In this document: positions 55,355 to 64,000 of the stretch, one piece after another
Layout of the letters: the number at the start of each line of letters is the position of its first letter
Position numbering within the stretch: the stretch's first letter is position 1
NCBI GenBank assembly: GCA_034521515.1
Contig: JAXHMH010000004.1
Span: 485-64,484 of the forward strand
Direction: 5' to 3'
DNA length: 64,000 nt
Origin: Candidatus Saccharimonadota bacterium
GTDB taxonomy: Bacteria; Patescibacteriota; Saccharimonadia; Saccharimonadales; JAXHMH01
Notes under the pieces: model-generated
Seen by the model: only the letters and a program-made list of their open reading frames with translations
What the model was told of the DNA's origin: nothing
The model's database searches: none
Position numbers and translations under genes: made by a program

Positions 55355-57847
55355 ATGCACGAATCAGCAGATTTTCAAGAATTTTTAAATAACCTAACGG
55401 ATAATGCGCTGCAAAGTCTAAAACATGCAGATGCTATTGCACGTGGTTTTGGTAGCGCCTATGTCGGTACGGAACATTTATTACTGGGTGTATTGGCTCA
55501 GGACTCCAGTATCGGTGCTAAAATCCTGGATGATGCCGGTGTAACACTCGATAGAGCTCGTTTAGCACTGAACTTATCGCCCAAAACGTTAGTCATAAAC
55601 ATGGGAGCCAAGGGTCTCAGCGAGACGGCTAAACTAACACTGCGCATGGCATACGATGTTGCACAGGATTTTAATCAAGAGTTTTGTGGTACGGAGCACA
55701 TTCTCTACAGTATTTTGAGCCAAAAGAATGCCAAAGCGACCTTGCTACTAAAAGACATGAATGTTGATGTTGATAAGTTGGTAACAGAGCTAGAACAGTT
55801 CTTAAACCGTCAGCAATATGAGAATGATGGCGATAAAACTTCTGAAAATCGCCGTCGTGGCAAAAAGCAACGCAAGACAGTGCTGGATTTTTACGGAACT
55901 GATCTCACTGCCCAAGCCCGTCAAAAAAAGCTTGATCCTGTCGTTGGACGCGAACCACAAATACGACGCTTAATAACTATTTTGAATCGACGAACTAAAA
56001 ATAATCCGGTTTTGATTGGTGAGCCTGGGGTTGGTAAGACCGCCATTGTTGAAGGTCTTGCCCAGCGTATTATAGTCGAAGATGTACCTGACAGTTTGCT
56101 TGATAGACGGATTATTATGTTAGATCTTGCAGGAATGATTGCCGGAACTAAGTATCGCGGTGAGTTTGAGGAACGTCTGAAAAAAGTGATGCAAGAATTA
56201 GAGAGCGACAAAAAAACGATAGTATTTATCGATGAAATGCACTTGATCGTTGGGGCTGGTGCAGCCGAAGGCGCAATGGATGCAGGAAATATCCTAAAAC
56301 CTGCGTTAGCACGTGGGCGAATTCAGGTAATCGGCGCCACGACAACTGATGAATACACTAAGCATGTAGAGAAAGACGCTGCACTAGAACGACGGTTCCA
56401 GCCGATTCAGGTACCGGAGGCGACTATTCCGGAAACGCTTGCAATCTTGAAAGGCTTGCGTAAGCATTACGAGAAATTCCATAGCGTTAAAATCAGTGAC
56501 GAAGTTCTTGAAGACACCGTTAATTTTGCAAAACGCTATATTAATGATCGATTCATGCCGGACAAAGCAATAGATTTATTAGATGAGACTGCCGCACATC
56601 TACGGGTCGATAAAGGGAAGACTCCGCCAGAAATGAGGCGGCTACAAAAGGAGCTAAAACTTGTTAATAATCGCATCGAAGATGCAGTGGACGCTGAAGA
56701 CTATGAAAGAGCCGCGAAAGCAAAACAACGAGCCAGTCAAATAAATGGAGAGATAAAGAAATTACAGGCAAAAGGTAAAGCGGTTAATACTATAAACATG
56801 ACAAGCGACAACGTAGCAGACGTTGTTGCGCGAATGACAGGTGTACCGGTAACGAAGGTTATTAAAGCTGAGGCAAAACATTTATTAAATTTGGAAAAGA
56901 AGCTTGGGAAGTACGTTATAGGCCAAGACGAGGCCGTTGAAGTCGTTGCCCGAGCAGTTCGTCGCAATCGTGTTGGTATTAGCTCAGACAAGCGACCAAT
57001 CGGCTCATTTATTTTCCTTGGTCCTACGGGCGTAGGAAAGACAGAGCTGGCTCGTGTTCTGGCTAGGGAATTTTTCGGGTCTGACGATGCACTGATTAAA
57101 ATTGATATGAGTGAGTTTAATGAACGACACACCAGTTCACGGCTTGTCGGCTCCCCAGCGGGGTATGTCGGTTATGACGATGGCGGCGAGTTAACTGACA
57201 AGATACGTCGACAGCCGTATAGTCTTGTGCTACTTGATGAGATTGAAAAGGCTCACCCAGATGTGTTTAATATGCTGTTACAGATACTAGAAGATGGTGT
57301 ACTGACAGATGCAAAGGGTCGCAAGATTGATTTTTCTAACACCATTGTCATTATGACCAGCAACCTAGGCGCTGAAAAATTACAAAAAGAAGCCAATTTT
57401 GGCTTCCAAGCTACGCGTCCAGAGGATATGGACAATCTAGATGAACTACATGCGGCCAATAAAGATAAGGTGCTTGATGAATTAAAAAACATGTTGCGAC
57501 CAGAGCTTCTCAATCGGATCGACAAAGTAGTCGTATTCCGTGCGCTAACCAAAAAGGACGTATTGAGAATTTTGGATTTGCAATTGTCGGAGTTGCGAGA
57601 TCGGCTCATACAACACGGACTTGGCCTAAAAGTGACTAATAAAGCCAAGGAATACTTACTGGAACATGGTTATGATGCTCAAAACGGTGTCCGACCATTG
57701 AGACGGCTTCTGGCTGATACAATCGAAGATCACATTGCGCTTGAACTGCTTGATGACAAGTATCCCAAAGGCAGTATTGTTAATGTTGGAACAAAACAAA
57801 ACGAACTGCAGTTTAGTGCAAAACACGAAACTGCCGGCACGCGTTAA
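55355..57847 (+). CDS. clpC: ATP-dependent Clp protease ATP-binding subunit ClpC (class I AAA+)
   Basis: Double Clp-N repeat, two AAA+ modules (GEPGVGKTA and GPTGVGKTE), a short middle domain with a UVR-like motif, and an FGF loop at the position of the ClpP-docking tripeptide. Confidence 0.9.
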   Translation: MHESADFQEFLNNLTDNALQSLKHADAIARGFGSAYVGTEHLLLGVLAQDSSIGAKILDDAGVTLDRARLALNLSPKTLVINMGAKGLSETAKLTLRMAYDVAQDFNQEFCGTEHILYSILSQKNAKATLLLKDMNVDVDKLVTELEQFLNRQQYENDGDKTSENRRRGKKQRKTVLDFYGTDLTAQARQKKLDPVVGREPQIRRLITILNRRTKNNPVLIGEPGVGKTAIVEGLAQRIIVEDVPDSLLDRRIIMLDLAGMIAGTKYRGEFEERLKKVMQELESDKKTIVFIDEMHLIVGAGAAEGAMDAGNILKPALARGRIQVIGATTTDEYTKHVEKDAALERRFQPIQVPEATIPETLAILKGLRKHYEKFHSVKISDEVLEDTVNFAKRYINDRFMPDKAIDLLDETAAHLRVDKGKTPPEMRRLQKELKLVNNRIEDAVDAEDYERAAKAKQRASQINGEIKKLQAKGKAVNTINMTSDNVADVVARMTGVPVTKVIKAEAKHLLNLEKKLGKYVIGQDEAVEVVARAVRRNRVGISSDKRPIGSFIFLGPTGVGKTELARVLAREFFGSDDALIKIDMSEFNERHTSSRLVGSPAGYVGYDDGGELTDKIRRQPYSLVLLDEIEKAHPDVFNMLLQILEDGVLTDAKGRKIDFSNTIVIMTSNLGAEKLQKEANFGFQATRPEDMDNLDELHAANKDKVLDELKNMLRPELLNRIDKVVVFRALTKKDVLRILDLQLSELRDRLIQHGLGLKVTNKAKEYLLEHGYDAQNGVRPLRRLLADTIEDHIALELLDDKYPKGSIVNVGTKQNELQFSAKHETAGTR

Positions 57848-57875
57848 TCCTAAAGTGCTAAAATAAATCAGTAAC

Positions 57876-58838
57876 ATGAGATATATAAATAGGTTTTTAT
57901 CGTTTGGTTTGACGCTGTTGCTACTGGCTGCACCTGTTGTTTTGTTCTTGCAACGCTACGAAATCATGGATTGGTGGCGACTGCGTGACTATGATCCGCC
58001 AGCCAGGATTGCAGAACTGGCCGACAACACAGCCATGACCGAATATGGCAAGCGGTTGTTTTTTGTGCATGATCCCGTGTTGAGTGAACGCGACACATTC
58101 TCTGCCAGTTGCCCAGGCTTCGAGGAAACTATCATTTTGGGATGTTATATACCACACCGTGCGATTTATATTTTCAATGTTGAGGATGAAAGACTTGACG
58201 GAATCGAGGAAGTTACCGCTGCACACGAGATGTTGCATGCAGTATACGATCGCCTACCAAGCCGCGAGAAAACCAGAGTCGAGGATTTACTCGATAAGGC
58301 TTTATCCGAAGTAAAAAGCGAGCGGGTACTAAAAACGGTTGCTTCGTATGAAAAGCGCGACCCTTTGATTGTAACCAACGAACTTCACTCTATTTTGGGG
58401 ACTGAAGTAGAAAACTTGCCAAATGAATTGGAAGAATACTATAGCCAATATTTTTTTGATCGAGGCCGTGTCGTAGCGTACGCTCAACAATACGAAGATG
58501 TCTTTGTGGCTCAGCAACAAAGGCTCGATGAATTGCAGCATAAAATAACGCAAAATACGGAACAGTTGGCAGGTCTTCGGCAGGAAATTGAAATGACAGA
58601 AAGCCGGCTGCGCGACGAGTCTGAACGACTCGACCAGCTAAGAAGCAACAACCAAACAACCCAGTATAACGCTGCAGTTTCAGGCTACAACGCACAAGTA
58701 AACGCCTATAAGGATATTGTTAATTCATATAACTCTCAGGTGGAGACGGTTAATAAGCTTATTGAAGAATACAACAAAGCTGCAGTTCAGCAAAAGCAAC
58801 TATTCGACGCGATTGACAGCCGGCCACAAACTCTTTAA
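57876..58838 (+). CDS. Membrane-anchored hypothetical protein with an HExxH motif and a Gln/Asn-rich coiled-coil tail
   Basis: N-terminal TM segment, TAAHEMLHAVYD, and the C-terminal third predicted as coiled coil (QQQRLDELQHKITQNTEQLAGLRQEIEMTESRL...). Confidence 0.6.
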   Translation: MRYINRFLSFGLTLLLLAAPVVLFLQRYEIMDWWRLRDYDPPARIAELADNTAMTEYGKRLFFVHDPVLSERDTFSASCPGFEETIILGCYIPHRAIYIFNVEDERLDGIEEVTAAHEMLHAVYDRLPSREKTRVEDLLDKALSEVKSERVLKTVASYEKRDPLIVTNELHSILGTEVENLPNELEEYYSQYFFDRGRVVAYAQQYEDVFVAQQQRLDELQHKITQNTEQLAGLRQEIEMTESRLRDESERLDQLRSNNQTTQYNAAVSGYNAQVNAYKDIVNSYNSQVETVNKLIEEYNKAAVQQKQLFDAIDSRPQTL

Positions 58839-58842
58839 GGTC

Positions 58843-58851
58843 TGCTACACT
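58843..58851 (+). promoter_or_regulatory. Extended -10 TGcTACACT, 8 nt upstream of the radA ATG (leaderless-type)
   Basis: gtcTGcTACACTacttctgtATG. Confidence 0.45.
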
Positions 58852-58859
58852 ACTTCTGT

Positions 58860-60200
58860 ATGGCAAAAAAAGACGCTGCTAAATATGTATGTAATCAATG
58901 TGGTGCCGCTAGTGGCACTTGGAGTGGACGTTGTCATGCTTGCGGTGAGTGGAATTCAGTAGAGGAACGTATAGTTATAAATGACGATCGACTGCAGAAA
59001 GGTCAGCCGTTAAAATCAACCCGGTTGAAAGATACGCTTAAAACAGATAATCCGCGGCTGGTGAGCGATATGTCTGAAGTTGATACCGTATTGGGTGGCG
59101 GTTTGGTGCGTGGTAGCGTGACTTTGATTGCCGGTCAGCCAGGCATCGGTAAAAGCACTTTGTTAATGCAGGTTTCTCATGCAATCTCTAAAAACGCACG
59201 TGTACTGTATGTGAGCGGAGAAGAATCAGGCCACCAAGTTGGTATGCGAGCAAAACGGCTCGGCATGCACCAGGACACACTACTAATAACTACTAGTACA
59301 AGTGCTGATGATGTTAGCGCTACCATCATGAGTGGCGACTACGACTTAGTTGTCGTTGATTCAATCCAAACAATGACAGTAGATGGAGTTACGTCAGCTG
59401 CCGGTTCGGCTAGTCAGATAACCAATAGCACCCATGTACTATCTGCGGCAGCAAAACATGTCAATACCGCACTGTTGTTGGTTGGTCATGTAACAAAAGA
59501 GGGGTCTATTGCTGGACCAAAGCTATTAGAACATGTAGTTGATGTCGTGTTACAGCTAGAAGGGGATCGTTACGGAGGATTTAAAGTGCTTCGGGCAATA
59601 AAGAACCGTTACGGTTCCACGACTGAAGCAGGTATTTTTGAAATGACAGAAACAGGTATGCACCCGGTAGATAATCCCTCAGCGGCACTCTTGGCTGAAC
59701 GTCAAGTTACTGACGGCTCAATCGTGCTAGCTACATTGGAAGGTACCAGGCCGCTGCTCGTAGAGGTTCAGGCACTTGTAAATAAAACGAGTTATGGATA
59801 CCCCAAACGCGCAGCTAGCGGCGTTGATTTAAATCGGATAAATTTGTTGGTTGCCATGCTTGAGCGCAGAACCAAACTACAGCTTGCTGATCAGGATATA
59901 TATGTCAATATTGTCGGCGGTATTAAGTTAGTCGAACCAGCGGCAGATCTAGCGATCGTCATGGCAATTGCAAGTGCCAGTAGAGGATTTCAGTTGAAGC
60001 AAAATGCTGTAGTGTTTGGTGAAGTCGGATTATCTGGCGAAGTTCGACATGTTCCATTTATTGACAAACGTATCGCTGAAGCCAAGAAACTCGGGTTTAA
60101 TGAGTTTATCGGGCCACACGCAAAAGGTAAGCAAGTGAAGGGCTATCATGTTGTTTACGACGCAAAAGAGGCGCTAAACAAATATCTTTCCAAAGAATAG
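58860..60200 (+). CDS. radA: DNA repair protein RadA/Sms
   Basis: Zn-ribbon CNQCGA...CHACGEWNS, Walker A GQPGIGKST, the KNRYG motif and a Lon-like C-terminal domain. Confidence 0.95.
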   Translation: MAKKDAAKYVCNQCGAASGTWSGRCHACGEWNSVEERIVINDDRLQKGQPLKSTRLKDTLKTDNPRLVSDMSEVDTVLGGGLVRGSVTLIAGQPGIGKSTLLMQVSHAISKNARVLYVSGEESGHQVGMRAKRLGMHQDTLLITTSTSADDVSATIMSGDYDLVVVDSIQTMTVDGVTSAAGSASQITNSTHVLSAAAKHVNTALLLVGHVTKEGSIAGPKLLEHVVDVVLQLEGDRYGGFKVLRAIKNRYGSTTEAGIFEMTETGMHPVDNPSAALLAERQVTDGSIVLATLEGTRPLLVEVQALVNKTSYGYPKRAASGVDLNRINLLVAMLERRTKLQLADQDIYVNIVGGIKLVEPAADLAIVMAIASASRGFQLKQNAVVFGEVGLSGEVRHVPFIDKRIAEAKKLGFNEFIGPHAKGKQVKGYHVVYDAKEALNKYLSKE

Positions 60201-60335
60201 GCCAAAATCCGTCATGGTCGTCATGGTTAGTTAGATATCAATAATATATCGAGGCAAGACAGCTAATCAACGGTGACTTTGGCGGATTCGTTACCCTCAC
60301 TGTCACGTGCAAATACATCTATGCCCTCTTCTAGA

Positions 60336-63218
60336 TCATCCGGCGGGCTTGAGAGAGCATGCACCGTCTGCCGAACCATCACATATCAGTGAGTTATCGT
60401 CTGAGCGTCGAATCTCTACAGTGCCGACACCACCACTCCAACTAAAATCTGTCTGCAGGCCATTCGATTCGGCGCTAGTAATTTCAAGCTGTGCCGCTTG
60501 TTCAATAGATGAGAGTTTCATGGTATCGGAGCCATCATACAAAACACTGTCGATTACCTCCACTTTGAGCGTACGTGTTCCGTCATAATTGGGTTTGTAG
60601 TTGAAAGTTGGTACCGCTCCGCCGCTTGTAATAGTATAATTTTTGACTGTTTCGCCATTGATAGTGAAGCGTACCGTTCCAGGAAAATCTTCGCTATGCA
60701 ACGGGTGTGTTCCGGCCTCTACGATTGCTCCGATTGAATAACCAGTGCCAGTTTCCGTGACATTAAGCGCCACAGACGGCTTAATGTCATTACAATCATG
60801 TACGTCGTCTTGTTCACTGCTGTCAAAATCCTGATTTACGAAGGTGTCGCCAGAAAATCTTGAAGCATCTCCGCCGGTTACTTCCTCGCGTGCACGTGGC
60901 GGTGTGCATTCGGTGGCTAATTTTTTAGACACAACATCAATCGTCTGCCGTTCGTTGCTGATGTTTTTGCCATACCACGAAGGATAAATATCTCGTTCAG
61001 GGCTAGGTTCAATAGAACTAGCTCCTACGTGGTTTCTGACAATAAACGCGGGAAGCACTTGTATACCCTCCGGTCGTGGACGCTCTTTTGGCTCCAAGTC
61101 ACGGTGAATAGCTTCCATCCAGCCCTGCAAAATTGGCTGTGTCATATTTTCCATAAAACCAGTCATTTCGACTTGGCGATTATGATAGCCAACCCAGACA
61201 CCTGCTGAATATTGTGTCGAGTAACCCATCATCCAGCCATCTTTCGAGTCATTGGTCGTTCCGGTTTTAACCGAAAATCGATGTCCATTAAAATTGTGTG
61301 GTTTACGCGACATATAACTGGCTCGTGGGTCTGCTAGTATATCAGACACAATATACGCACTATCTTCGCGTACGACTTGTTCACCCGGTGTTGGTTCCCA
61401 TTCATCAACAATCGTGCCTGAGGCATCTTCGATGCGTAGTATGTATGTTTGATCGATTTTGTTTCCATTACGCGAAATAGTACTAAAAGCGTGAACGTGT
61501 TCATCCAGGCGTAAGTAAGCCCCATCTCCTATAGCAGAAGAGGCGTAACAAGGTCCAGGGTTGGTAAGCGCGTCATCCAGATAACAATTGTAGCCGCTTT
61601 CAAGTCCTAATTTTTCGGCAGTTTCAATTGTCGTATCAACGCCTGCAATCAACATTGCTTTTACAGCTGGGACGTTTCGTGAACCACCAAGAGCATACCG
61701 TAGTGTTAACGGGCCTGGGTAGCGCCGGTCGTAGTTTCTTAAGCAATTGCTGGCATTTGTACAAGGATAGCCATCAATTGGTCCGCGCGTGTCGTACAGC
61801 ACCGATCCGGCGCCGAAGTCTTCGCTACTTTCCATAAGTGACAAATAATCATACGGTTTGAAACTGGATCCCGGAGGTAATTGCATACGTGCATAGTTAT
61901 TTTGCCCGTATACGTCATTATCGAAGTCTGTGCCACCGACGAGCGCCACAACGTGGCCAGTATCCACCTCTTCGGCGACAAAGGCGATAGAATCACCTCC
62001 CTGTCGTTGAACCTGCGGCAATCCGGCGGCGACTTGCTCTTCAGCCTCGCGCTGTTTATCCAGGTCAAGCGTAGTAATGACCTTCCATCCGCCGCACTGT
62101 ACGGTTTCTTCGCATCGTTCTTGAAGTCGTTCTTTAGCAGTTAAGACGAACCACGGCGCGGTAATATTATCGTATTTAAAACGTCTGGTTGTAATTTTGG
62201 CTAAGGTGTCAGTATCCTTTGCTTCGTCACGTTCTTCAGATGTAATGTAGTCTTGTTCTGCCATGAGATCGAGAATGTAATGCTGCCGGCCGATTAGGCG
62301 CTCTTGATTATAGTTAGCCCCGTAAGGCGAAAGAAATGTCGGAGATTGCGGAATTGCGGCCAAAAAGGCAGCTTCATCAAGCGTAATTTTACTAGCTGGT
62401 TTATCGAAATAATCTTGCATTGCGGCTTCAACACCGTAAGTTATATCACCATAAGGAGCCGTGTTGAGGTACCCCACTAATATTTCTTGTTTGGTATAGG
62501 TGCGCTCTAGCTCAACTGCCAAAATGAGCTCCTTAATTTTTCTGGTATAGGTTCGATCTTCAGTCCATTCTTGAGTGAGCTTAACCAGTTGTTGTGTGAC
62601 GGTTGAGCCACCTTGAGTTGTCTCGCCATCGGTTATATTGGCAACGGCTGCTCTCGTTATGCCTCGAACATCAAAACCGCCATGACTGAAAAACTCCTGA
62701 TCTTCAATTGCAATTGTGGCGTCTTTCATAACTTGGGCAATTTCATCGTCTTCTACGGGTACGCGTTTGACTGCATCGTAATCTTCCCATAACAAGTTCT
62801 CTCCGGTACGGTCATAGTAACGAATACTTCCGCCGATGTTGTTTCCGGATATATCCCTAAGATTCGGCAAATCTTTTCTGAAATAGGCAAAAAGCCCGAC
62901 AAGCGTCAAAAAACCGGCGATAATACAAATGCCAGTAACTTTAAGCGCCATAATGCCGCCCTCGCGGCTAAACCAGTACCTGTACATGCGTTTAGGGTGT
63001 AGACGATAAAAGAAACGTTTAATACGGGTTTTGGGCATTCCGGCAAGTCGTAGAGCTTTTCGGCGAGCACGAGCGTCGCGACTAGCGTGCCACTTGTCGG
63101 CTAGCGAGCGATTGAGTTTTATCGTCTTGCCGTTTTTTGTCTTGAAAGTATTCTTTGACTTCCGAGTAGATGAACTCGCACGCTTTACGGGCGTACGTTT
63201 CTTATTCTTATTTTTCAT
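60336..63218 (-). CDS. Class A penicillin-binding protein (PBP1A-type transglycosylase/transpeptidase) with a long C-terminal extension
   Basis: The GT51 domain has EDQEFFSHGGFD and GGSTVTQQLVK. The transpeptidase domain has SSFKP, SRN and KTGTT. A basic N-terminus plus TM segment precedes these, and about 200 extra C-terminal aa are rich in Thr, Gly and Ser. Confidence 0.92.
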   Translation of the reverse strand: MKNKNKKRTPVKRASSSTRKSKNTFKTKNGKTIKLNRSLADKWHASRDARARRKALRLAGMPKTRIKRFFYRLHPKRMYRYWFSREGGIMALKVTGICIIAGFLTLVGLFAYFRKDLPNLRDISGNNIGGSIRYYDRTGENLLWEDYDAVKRVPVEDDEIAQVMKDATIAIEDQEFFSHGGFDVRGITRAAVANITDGETTQGGSTVTQQLVKLTQEWTEDRTYTRKIKELILAVELERTYTKQEILVGYLNTAPYGDITYGVEAAMQDYFDKPASKITLDEAAFLAAIPQSPTFLSPYGANYNQERLIGRQHYILDLMAEQDYITSEERDEAKDTDTLAKITTRRFKYDNITAPWFVLTAKERLQERCEETVQCGGWKVITTLDLDKQREAEEQVAAGLPQVQRQGGDSIAFVAEEVDTGHVVALVGGTDFDNDVYGQNNYARMQLPPGSSFKPYDYLSLMESSEDFGAGSVLYDTRGPIDGYPCTNASNCLRNYDRRYPGPLTLRYALGGSRNVPAVKAMLIAGVDTTIETAEKLGLESGYNCYLDDALTNPGPCYASSAIGDGAYLRLDEHVHAFSTISRNGNKIDQTYILRIEDASGTIVDEWEPTPGEQVVREDSAYIVSDILADPRASYMSRKPHNFNGHRFSVKTGTTNDSKDGWMMGYSTQYSAGVWVGYHNRQVEMTGFMENMTQPILQGWMEAIHRDLEPKERPRPEGIQVLPAFIVRNHVGASSIEPSPERDIYPSWYGKNISNERQTIDVVSKKLATECTPPRAREEVTGGDASRFSGDTFVNQDFDSSEQDDVHDCNDIKPSVALNVTETGTGYSIGAIVEAGTHPLHSEDFPGTVRFTINGETVKNYTITSGGAVPTFNYKPNYDGTRTLKVEVIDSVLYDGSDTMKLSSIEQAAQLEITSAESNGLQTDFSWSGGVGTVEIRRSDDNSLICDGSADGACSLKPAG

Positions 63219-63332
63219 AGATCTTTAAAGATGTAATCTCCCTTTCCCTAAAGCCATAATCAGCTTACGCATTATTATAGCAAATATCCTTATGAAACAA
63301 GCAAAAATTTAACAGATTATACAGTGGTACGG

Positions 63333-63338
63333 TATACT
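63333..63338 (+). promoter_or_regulatory. -10 box TATACT, 8 nt upstream of the tyrS ATG (leaderless-type)
   Basis: acggTATACTggtggcatATG. Confidence 0.4.
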
Positions 63339-63346
63339 GGTGGCAT

Positions 63347-64000
63347 ATGAAGAAAAAATTATCGGAAGAACTATCGTGGCGCGGTTTCGTTAACCAGACC
63401 ACATATACAGATTTACGTAAAATTGATACCACAACCATAACTTTTTATTGGGGTGTCGATCCAAGCGCATCCTCAATGACGGTCGGGAATTTGGCTATTG
63501 CTATGATGGTGCGCCATTTTATTGATTACGGTCACAAGCCAGTGCTGCTGGTGGGTGGTGCAACCGGTCTAATTGGTGACCCTGACGGTAAGACACGGGA
63601 ACGTGATCTTATTACCAAGGAAGAAGTCGAGCGCAATAAAGCCGGCATTGTTGCGCAGTATAAACAAATATTTGATGGACTAGATATAGAAGTGGTTGAT
63701 AATTACGATTGGTTCAAAGACATCGGGTATCTACAATTCCTGCGCGATATCGGCAAACATGTTCCCATGCGCCAGATGCTTGGCCGTGATTTTGTACAAT
63801 CTCGACTCAGTGAGGGCGGTGCCGGTATAAGCTACGCAGAGTTCAGCTATGCGCTGATTCAAGGTTATGATTTTTTGCATCTTCATAAAAAGAAAGGTGT
63901 AGACTTGCAGGTTTGTGGGTCTGACCAGTGGGGAAACAGTATTGCGGGCGTCGACTTGGTTAGACGGCTCACCGGCGATGCTGTTCATGTATGGTCCGCT
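63347..64000 (+). CDS. tyrS: Tyrosine--tRNA ligase (5' part; continues past the window end)
   Basis: My own translation gives MKKKLSEELSWRGFVNQTTYTDL...FYWGVDPSASSMTVGNL (HIGH-region equivalent) ...LLVGGATGLIGDPDGK...GSDQWGNI-like GSDQWGNSIAG. The ORF is absent from the track because it is open at the edge. Confidence 0.9.
   Translation, partial: MKKKLSEELSWRGFVNQTTYTDLRKIDTTTITFYWGVDPSASSMTVGNLAIAMMVRHFIDYGHKPVLLVGGATGLIGDPDGKTRERDLITKEEVERNKAGIVAQYKQIFDGLDIEVVDNYDWFKDIGYLQFLRDIGKHVPMRQMLGRDFVQSRLSEGGAGISYAEFSYALIQGYDFLHLHKKKGVDLQVCGSDQWGNSIAGVDLVRRLTGDAVHVWSA

Noticed and set aside
6864-64000. Possibility of an alternative genetic code (UGA recoding, as in some CPR lineages).
   Set aside because: Long housekeeping ORFs are uninterrupted under the standard code. 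Stops I checked include TAA, TAG and TGA, for example TGA ending rnhB at 50904-50906.

Overview
Composite window with three parts.

**1. Positions 1 to about 3480.** This segment is very GC-rich, by eye roughly two thirds or more G+C. It looks alphaproteobacterium-like. It carries a YceI-family gene, a CDP-alcohol phosphatidyltransferase, a Zn-type dehydrogenase, a PTPS/QueD-like gene and REP-like palindromes. Three of the four genes carry single-nucleotide frame disruptions.

**2. Positions 3481-6447.** Composition switches abruptly at about 3481-3506 to roughly 40-48% GC DNA. Four consecutive + strand genes follow: a PQQ-type sugar dehydrogenase, a membrane protein, a small zincin metallopeptidase and a PAP2 phosphatase. 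All four are riddled with indel-type frameshifts.

**3. Positions 6864-64000.** About 50 clean, tightly packed housekeeping genes. They are typical of a reduced-genome, Gram-positive-type or CPR (Saccharibacteria-like) bacterium; that assignment is inference from gene content only.
- Translation, replication and repair: pheST, gatC-gatA-(small ORF)-gatB, tyrS, rplS, dnaE, uvrB, radA, rnhB, yraN, rmuC, nusA.
- Sugar-phosphate block: ppa, gap, rpiB, rpe, split transketolase, class II fba, PfkB kinase.
- Redox and regulation: glutaredoxin-like protein, trxB, MarR, Fur/Zur with a ZIP transporter.
- Envelope and export: ABC and RND exporters, galU, PBP1A, PilB-type ATPase.
- Proteolysis and other: clpC, pepN, malic enzyme.

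I saw no rRNA, tRNA, CRISPR array, transposase or integrase.

**Most interesting signal.** A 744-nt ORF-free gap lies between pheT and the ABC/RND exporter pair. It folds on the + strand into a roughly 500-nt multi-domain RNA closed by a 13-bp long-range helix. It shows none of the RNase P or tmRNA signatures I can recall.

**Other signals.**
- A recurrent (extended) -10 box sits 6-8 nt upstream of ATG at 13 genes, which implies leaderless mRNAs.
- A near-perfect CIRCE operator overlaps the clpC promoter.
- A promoter followed by an intrinsic terminator forms the leader of nusA.
- A Zur/ZIP module has a palindromic operator and a His-rich domain fusion.
- A structured 215-nt spacer splits the two transketolase genes.
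- An SD-sequestering structured leader precedes rpiB.
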